Positions 35,661-39,571 of a DNA stretch of 39,571 bases are shown in pieces. Source of the stretch: a virus (taxonomy: Duplodnaviria > Caudoviricetes); the IMG/VR virus record IMGVR_UViG_3300033559_000079, positions 1-39,571 of that record; one strand, given 5' to 3'. A program made the translations under genes and the position numbers. The stretch's first letter is position 1; each line of letters starts with the position of its first letter. The notes beneath the pieces are model-generated. The model saw only the letters and a list, made by a program, of their open reading frames with translations. It searched no databases and was not told the DNA's origin.

Positions 35661-36542
35661 TTACCCGTCAGGTCTCTGCTGATATGTTTTAGGAGTATTT
35701 CCATTTACTATCTTCATGTTTTCCATCCGCCTTATACCTTCTGCTTTCAGATACCCAGATATATCTTTATCCATCTCAACGCCCATGTGTTTATTAAGAT
35801 GATCAGCATTTACAGTTCCTGTTAACACTCCTGGCCTATCATAGCCTCTTCTAACACCGGCCTCTATATCTTTCGCCGAGTAGAACGACTTAGCGGGTAC
35901 ACCTGTCATTCCATGTGTAACCTGAATTCCGTCAAATTTTACACTACGATCTACCATAACCCTGTTGTCTACAATACCAGGGTTAGCTCCTGCCTGGAGT
36001 CTTTTAAGGTAGTTATATCCACCGTGATGCTTCACGTTGACATTAACGCCGCGCCCATGAGTAGTTTCTCTAAGCAATGTTTTTTGCAGATGATTTGGCG
36101 CCCACTTTTCAAGAATTTCCTCAGAAGGTTTAACTCCATACAAAACATCAGGCTTATCTCCGTCTTCTATTTGCTTTCTGAGTCTCTTGTTTCTAAAAAC
36201 AGGATTTTTACTATTTTGCCAAGTGTCAAACTCGTAGCCTTCAGCACGACTTCTCCGCACGTCAACAGAAGGCTTATTAAGAAGAGAATCTCCAGTGTCA
36301 GTAACGTGACTCCTTATCATCGCCCTAGCCCTGTCAGTTGTAATCTCGCCTTTCCTAACTTTTTTGGCAAGATCCATCATTCCAGGATTAGCTCTTCTAA
36401 CATCGTTAACATTGTTGTCATGGACCAGCTGAGATAGCAGATCCCTCCTCTTTGCTGTCGACAGGCTTTTATAATACTTGTCAAGCCTGCTCGCAGCTTC
36501 TTTAACCATAGCTGCCGCTGCTATATAATGATTATCAGTCAT
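35661..36542 (-). CDS. Hypothetical basic protein, possible ADP-ribosyltransferase-like C-domain
   Basis: 293 aa, coupled to terL; KHHGG...GIQVT...FYSA...PGVLTGTV pattern. Confidence 0.6.
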   Translation of the reverse strand: MTDNHYIAAAAMVKEAASRLDKYYKSLSTAKRRDLLSQLVHDNNVNDVRRANPGMMDLAKKVRKGEITTDRARAMIRSHVTDTGDSLLNKPSVDVRRSRAEGYEFDTWQNSKNPVFRNKRLRKQIEDGDKPDVLYGVKPSEEILEKWAPNHLQKTLLRETTHGRGVNVNVKHHGGYNYLKRLQAGANPGIVDNRVMVDRSVKFDGIQVTHGMTGVPAKSFYSAKDIEAGVRRGYDRPGVLTGTVNADHLNKHMGVEMDKDISGYLKAEGIRRMENMKIVNGNTPKTYQQRPDG

Positions 36543-38244
36543 ACATAGACCCCTCTACATTGTAATCTGTTACACCAAAGTCAATGACGTCATCCATATT
36601 CTGATAGTTAGATGACCCACCAAGATATGTATCGTACTCGCCTCTTAATATACCTGCTGCGATTCTCGAGTACATATAAGAATGGAATGCATCGTCAGGT
36701 ACATTGTGGTCATACTGAGTAAGTCGAGTCTTCTCACTGTAGTCGGTAAAGATACCGGTGAAGTCAGGCGAGAAGCTCGCGAACTCTTCCCATCTGAAGA
36801 ACCGTACCTGCTGACGAGTGATCTCCATAAGAAGATTTGTCATCATCTGAGTTCTTGAAAGCACATACTTACCAGTTTGAGTATCCCATTTGAGCGGAGC
36901 TTTCAAGTTCCCACTCTCATAAATCTCACAGAACCGCTGAGGCCCAAGAGCCTTAACAAGGTGAGCATTTGAAGTTCTACCGTCACCGGTATCAGCGATA
37001 ACCATCTTGCATCCGAACCGGTTCACGAGTCTTATCATATCCTGAAGCTGGAAGATTGCCTCTGAGTTTTGGCGGCCAGAGTATCTCTTCATCAGAAGTA
37101 CCGTGTACACGCCTTTCACAACTGCACCAATAGTCAGAACGCTGTAAGAGGTACCTGAGCAAATATCTCCCTTACCCCAGTCAATCCCGGCAACAGTTAC
37201 TACCTGGCGCGTCGACAACCCGACACTCTCAAGCCCGTGTTCCTCGCTTGCGCAACTAAGGTCACTGATGCAACACTTTCTTATGTCAGCCTCTTCGACA
37301 GGGTGCTTGGCGTTAGCATAAGGAAGCGCCAAGACCTCGTTGTAGTATTTCTCGACTGAGTATTGATACTGTGTATTGATTACGTTGATCTTCCACGAGT
37401 CGGGATTGTTCGGGTTGTTGATCCACGGAAGAACGATCTGTGGAAGCCTAAACCCAAGGATATGGCCATTAGGATTCGTCTGAACCCACTTGCCGTTTTG
37501 GTACCATATCGGGCGGTGGCAAACTCGGCATTCGAGCTGAGTCGGCCCGATGTTCTGCTCATCAATGTAGTTGAGCTTGTTGCAGTGCGTGCATCGAATG
37601 AGGAATTCATTCTGCGAACTTCTTGCCCATTGGAAAGTGAGCGTATTCTCCATTGTTTTTGGAGTGCCTGCGTATGTTGTGTTGTTGAACAAGCCAATCG
37701 GGATGTTCGGGTGGTGCTTCTGGAGAGTTGCTCCGTGCTGCATCGAGTGCCCCATACACTGACGGATAACCGGGATGTTGTCGCGGATGATATCCTGAAC
37801 CTCGTCAAACATTACGTGGTCGGCAGAGATACCTCGAATCGAGTCCGCGTTACGGAAGGCAGATCTCAAGTAGATCTTTGATCCGTTCTTCAGCTCCTTG
37901 TACCCGACCTGATCAGCATAATGCGGCCCGGTGTAGTTCTTCTCGATAATAGGTGACCCGTAGATTGTTCCGTTTAGCTTATCGTTCGAGAACACAGAAG
38001 CCTGAAGAGCTGTTGGTGCAACGTACAGTGATCGGTAACTTGGGATCATAAGAGCAGGGAGAACAAGCTTGTTCCCCACTGTGGTTGACTTGTGCGTCTG
38101 CCTACCGAACATCAACAACATCTCAGGAGCTGTCGTGTTGTAGATGGGAAGCAGGTGGCGCATCTCGTCGTAAGGAAGAGATATCGGATTCCCGTCAAGA
38201 TAGAACAGGTTCTCGATTAAACTAAATGGGGTTGCTTGTTGCAT
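36535..38244 (-). CDS. terL: Terminase large subunit (lambda GpA-like architecture)
   Basis: Walker A-like FGRQTHKST, YVAPT, IRGISAD, Walker B FDEVQD, GTPKT, Zn finger CTHC...CRVC, nuclease GIDWG and DDAFHS. Confidence 0.9.
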   Translation of the reverse strand: MQQATPFSLIENLFYLDGNPISLPYDEMRHLLPIYNTTAPEMLLMFGRQTHKSTTVGNKLVLPALMIPSYRSLYVAPTALQASVFSNDKLNGTIYGSPIIEKNYTGPHYADQVGYKELKNGSKIYLRSAFRNADSIRGISADHVMFDEVQDIIRDNIPVIRQCMGHSMQHGATLQKHHPNIPIGLFNNTTYAGTPKTMENTLTFQWARSSQNEFLIRCTHCNKLNYIDEQNIGPTQLECRVCHRPIWYQNGKWVQTNPNGHILGFRLPQIVLPWINNPNNPDSWKINVINTQYQYSVEKYYNEVLALPYANAKHPVEEADIRKCCISDLSCASEEHGLESVGLSTRQVVTVAGIDWGKGDICSGTSYSVLTIGAVVKGVYTVLLMKRYSGRQNSEAIFQLQDMIRLVNRFGCKMVIADTGDGRTSNAHLVKALGPQRFCEIYESGNLKAPLKWDTQTGKYVLSRTQMMTNLLMEITRQQVRFFRWEEFASFSPDFTGIFTDYSEKTRLTQYDHNVPDDAFHSYMYSRIAAGILRGEYDTYLGGSSNYQNMDDVIDFGVTDYNVEGSMYD

Positions 38245-38530
38245 TCAATGCTCTTTCATACCCGCGTCTGTAAGCTTCTTCAGTAAGAGCTTCTGTAGAT
38301 GGATTGTATGCTCTCTTCACAACTCCGAGACCGATTGTTCCGAGTCCAAGAGTCGCCAACATTATCCCGAGGTTTTTTCTCGGTATTGCCATTTTTGGAA
38401 TCACAAATGGCTGACCCGCATCTTTCAGGATGTTGGCAGCTTTTATCTTAGCGTTGAGATCAGAAAGGATTCCAACTCCAGCTGTTGACGCTACTGTACC
38501 GCCAATCATAAGCGCATTTTCATTTATCAT
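38222..38530 (-). CDS. Small protein with two hydrophobic segments
   Basis: ALMIGGTVASTAGVGIL and LGIMLATLGLGTIGLGVV. Confidence 0.65.
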   Translation of the reverse strand: MINENALMIGGTVASTAGVGILSDLNAKIKAANILKDAGQPFVIPKMAIPRKNLGIMLATLGLGTIGLGVVKRAYNPSTEALTEEAYRRGYERALNATSNPI

Positions 38531-39516
38531 TTAACCATCTCCTCAAGAAGCGAAGTTGCTTCATCACCGGTTACAATTTTGTCTTTGTCATCGAGCACGT
38601 ATGAGATGCTGATCTGCTGAATCTTCTCAAAGAACGCATCGGATTCCGTAGTGGTTTTCTCTTCAGGAAGAGCTTTGTCTGCTTTAATAAACAAGTCAAC
38701 CGCCTTCTTCATCGTTCCGAGCTTAGCCTGTGTGACGTTACCGTAGCTCCATGTTGTGTTGTCGATGTTTACCGGGTTGCCGTCTTCATCAACATTATTT
38801 CCTTCTGAATGGCTTCTTGTAACACTTCTGGTCATCAGCTTAGCTTCTTCATACATGTGCATGCTGTCGGCTTTCACCTGATTCAAGAAGTCTTTAGAGG
38901 TCGGAATCTTCACCTCTTTATAACCAATCTTCCACTTAATATACTCATTGTCGCGGAAGATGATAGCTTCTTCAATTCCGTCATGTGTCTCGTCAAGATC
39001 CGGCATTACAACAAGCGAGTTGCTACCGAAGTGTTTGTACGATCTAACCGCTTCGATTCCAGATATGTTCGACGTGTCCCAGAACAAAGACTTATGCATC
39101 TCGATAGCTTTTTGGGACATGTTCTTTCGGTACTTGAACTTGATTACGGCTGCTACAGATTTTGGATCCTCGTCATTGTAGAGCAGCGCGTTTACGAGTG
39201 TGCATACGATGGCATCGTTGTGTATCCAAAGGACGTTATCGAAAGCGTCTTGGTGATTCTTTTCTTCGACATACTCCATATATTCGAGGATGCCGTAGTG
39301 CTTAAACCACCCCTCACCCTCTGCGATTGTGACGGGCCTCGCTGCGTTGAGCGGTTCGAGTATCGACTCTGGAGCGATGCTTTTTATATCGGAAAAAATA
39401 TCTGCAATTTCATTATTAGTAGCGACATAGCCAAACTTTCTCAGCTTAGCATTAATCTCTTCAGGTTGACGCCCGAGAAAGAACTGGGCTATCACGAACC
39501 TTCTGAACGGAATCAT
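38527..39516 (-). CDS. Hypothetical protein, possible terminase small subunit or HTH protein
   Basis: 329 aa, upstream of terL, with two helix-turn-helix-like segments; GAAGGGGG RBS. Confidence 0.6.
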   Translation of the reverse strand: MIPFRRFVIAQFFLGRQPEEINAKLRKFGYVATNNEIADIFSDIKSIAPESILEPLNAARPVTIAEGEGWFKHYGILEYMEYVEEKNHQDAFDNVLWIHNDAIVCTLVNALLYNDEDPKSVAAVIKFKYRKNMSQKAIEMHKSLFWDTSNISGIEAVRSYKHFGSNSLVVMPDLDETHDGIEEAIIFRDNEYIKWKIGYKEVKIPTSKDFLNQVKADSMHMYEEAKLMTRSVTRSHSEGNNVDEDGNPVNIDNTTWSYGNVTQAKLGTMKKAVDLFIKADKALPEEKTTTESDAFFEKIQQISISYVLDDKDKIVTGDEATSLLEEMVK

Positions 39517-39571
39517 GTCGACCCCCTTCCATCATATATATTAACAAAATATATATCAAGGGAGTAATGTA

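Noticed and set aside
26648-39567. Long + strand ORFs opposite structural genes (26648-27277, 27749-28387, 29822-30370, 35913-36437, 37363-37881, 38809-39567)
   Set aside because: They are antisense shadows caused by codon bias and low-complexity repeats in the minus-strand genes.
1-39571. Reverse transcriptase, Cas or Nop-domain partner for the array within the window
   Set aside because: No YxDD in RT context, RAMP glycine loop or Nop motif was recognised in any ORF. A partner may lie outside the window or be too divergent to see by eye.
1-39571. Stop-codon reassignment (alternative genetic code)
   Set aside because: Known genes are full length under code 11, and TAA, TAG and TGA all serve as stops.

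Overview
This window is part of a large contractile-tailed (myovirus-like) dsDNA bacteriophage genome, probably infecting an anaerobic Gram-negative host. The + strand arm (1-21058) carries the end of a lysis cassette (amidase_3, a spanin-like protein, a DUF2235/Tle1-like hydrolase), a DUF2829/Tad2-like anti-defence gene, nucleotide metabolism and replication genes (thioredoxin, class III RNR nrdD and nrdG, HAD phosphatase, SF1 helicase, dUTPase, DEDDh exonuclease) and many small orphan ORFs. The - strand arm (21072-39516) is the virion module: terminase, putative prohead protease, scaffold, decoration protein, major capsid, neck, tail sheath and tube. The two arms meet at a bidirectional terminator. 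The standout feature is a ~1.4 kb non-coding stretch (2221-3656) directly after the Tad2-like gene. It is a tandem array of 8 structured-RNA-like units of about 100-220 nt. Each unit reads TAGA-N5-11-YTGANGA-N4-6-[8-bp covarying stem with GNYTC pentaloop], followed by a unit-specific long irregular hairpin, and the array ends in an intrinsic terminator. It is not a CRISPR array and I cannot assign it to a known ncRNA family. No cognate enzyme (RT, Cas6, Nop) is recognisable in the window. All protein calls come from motif recognition by eye; no database searches were run.
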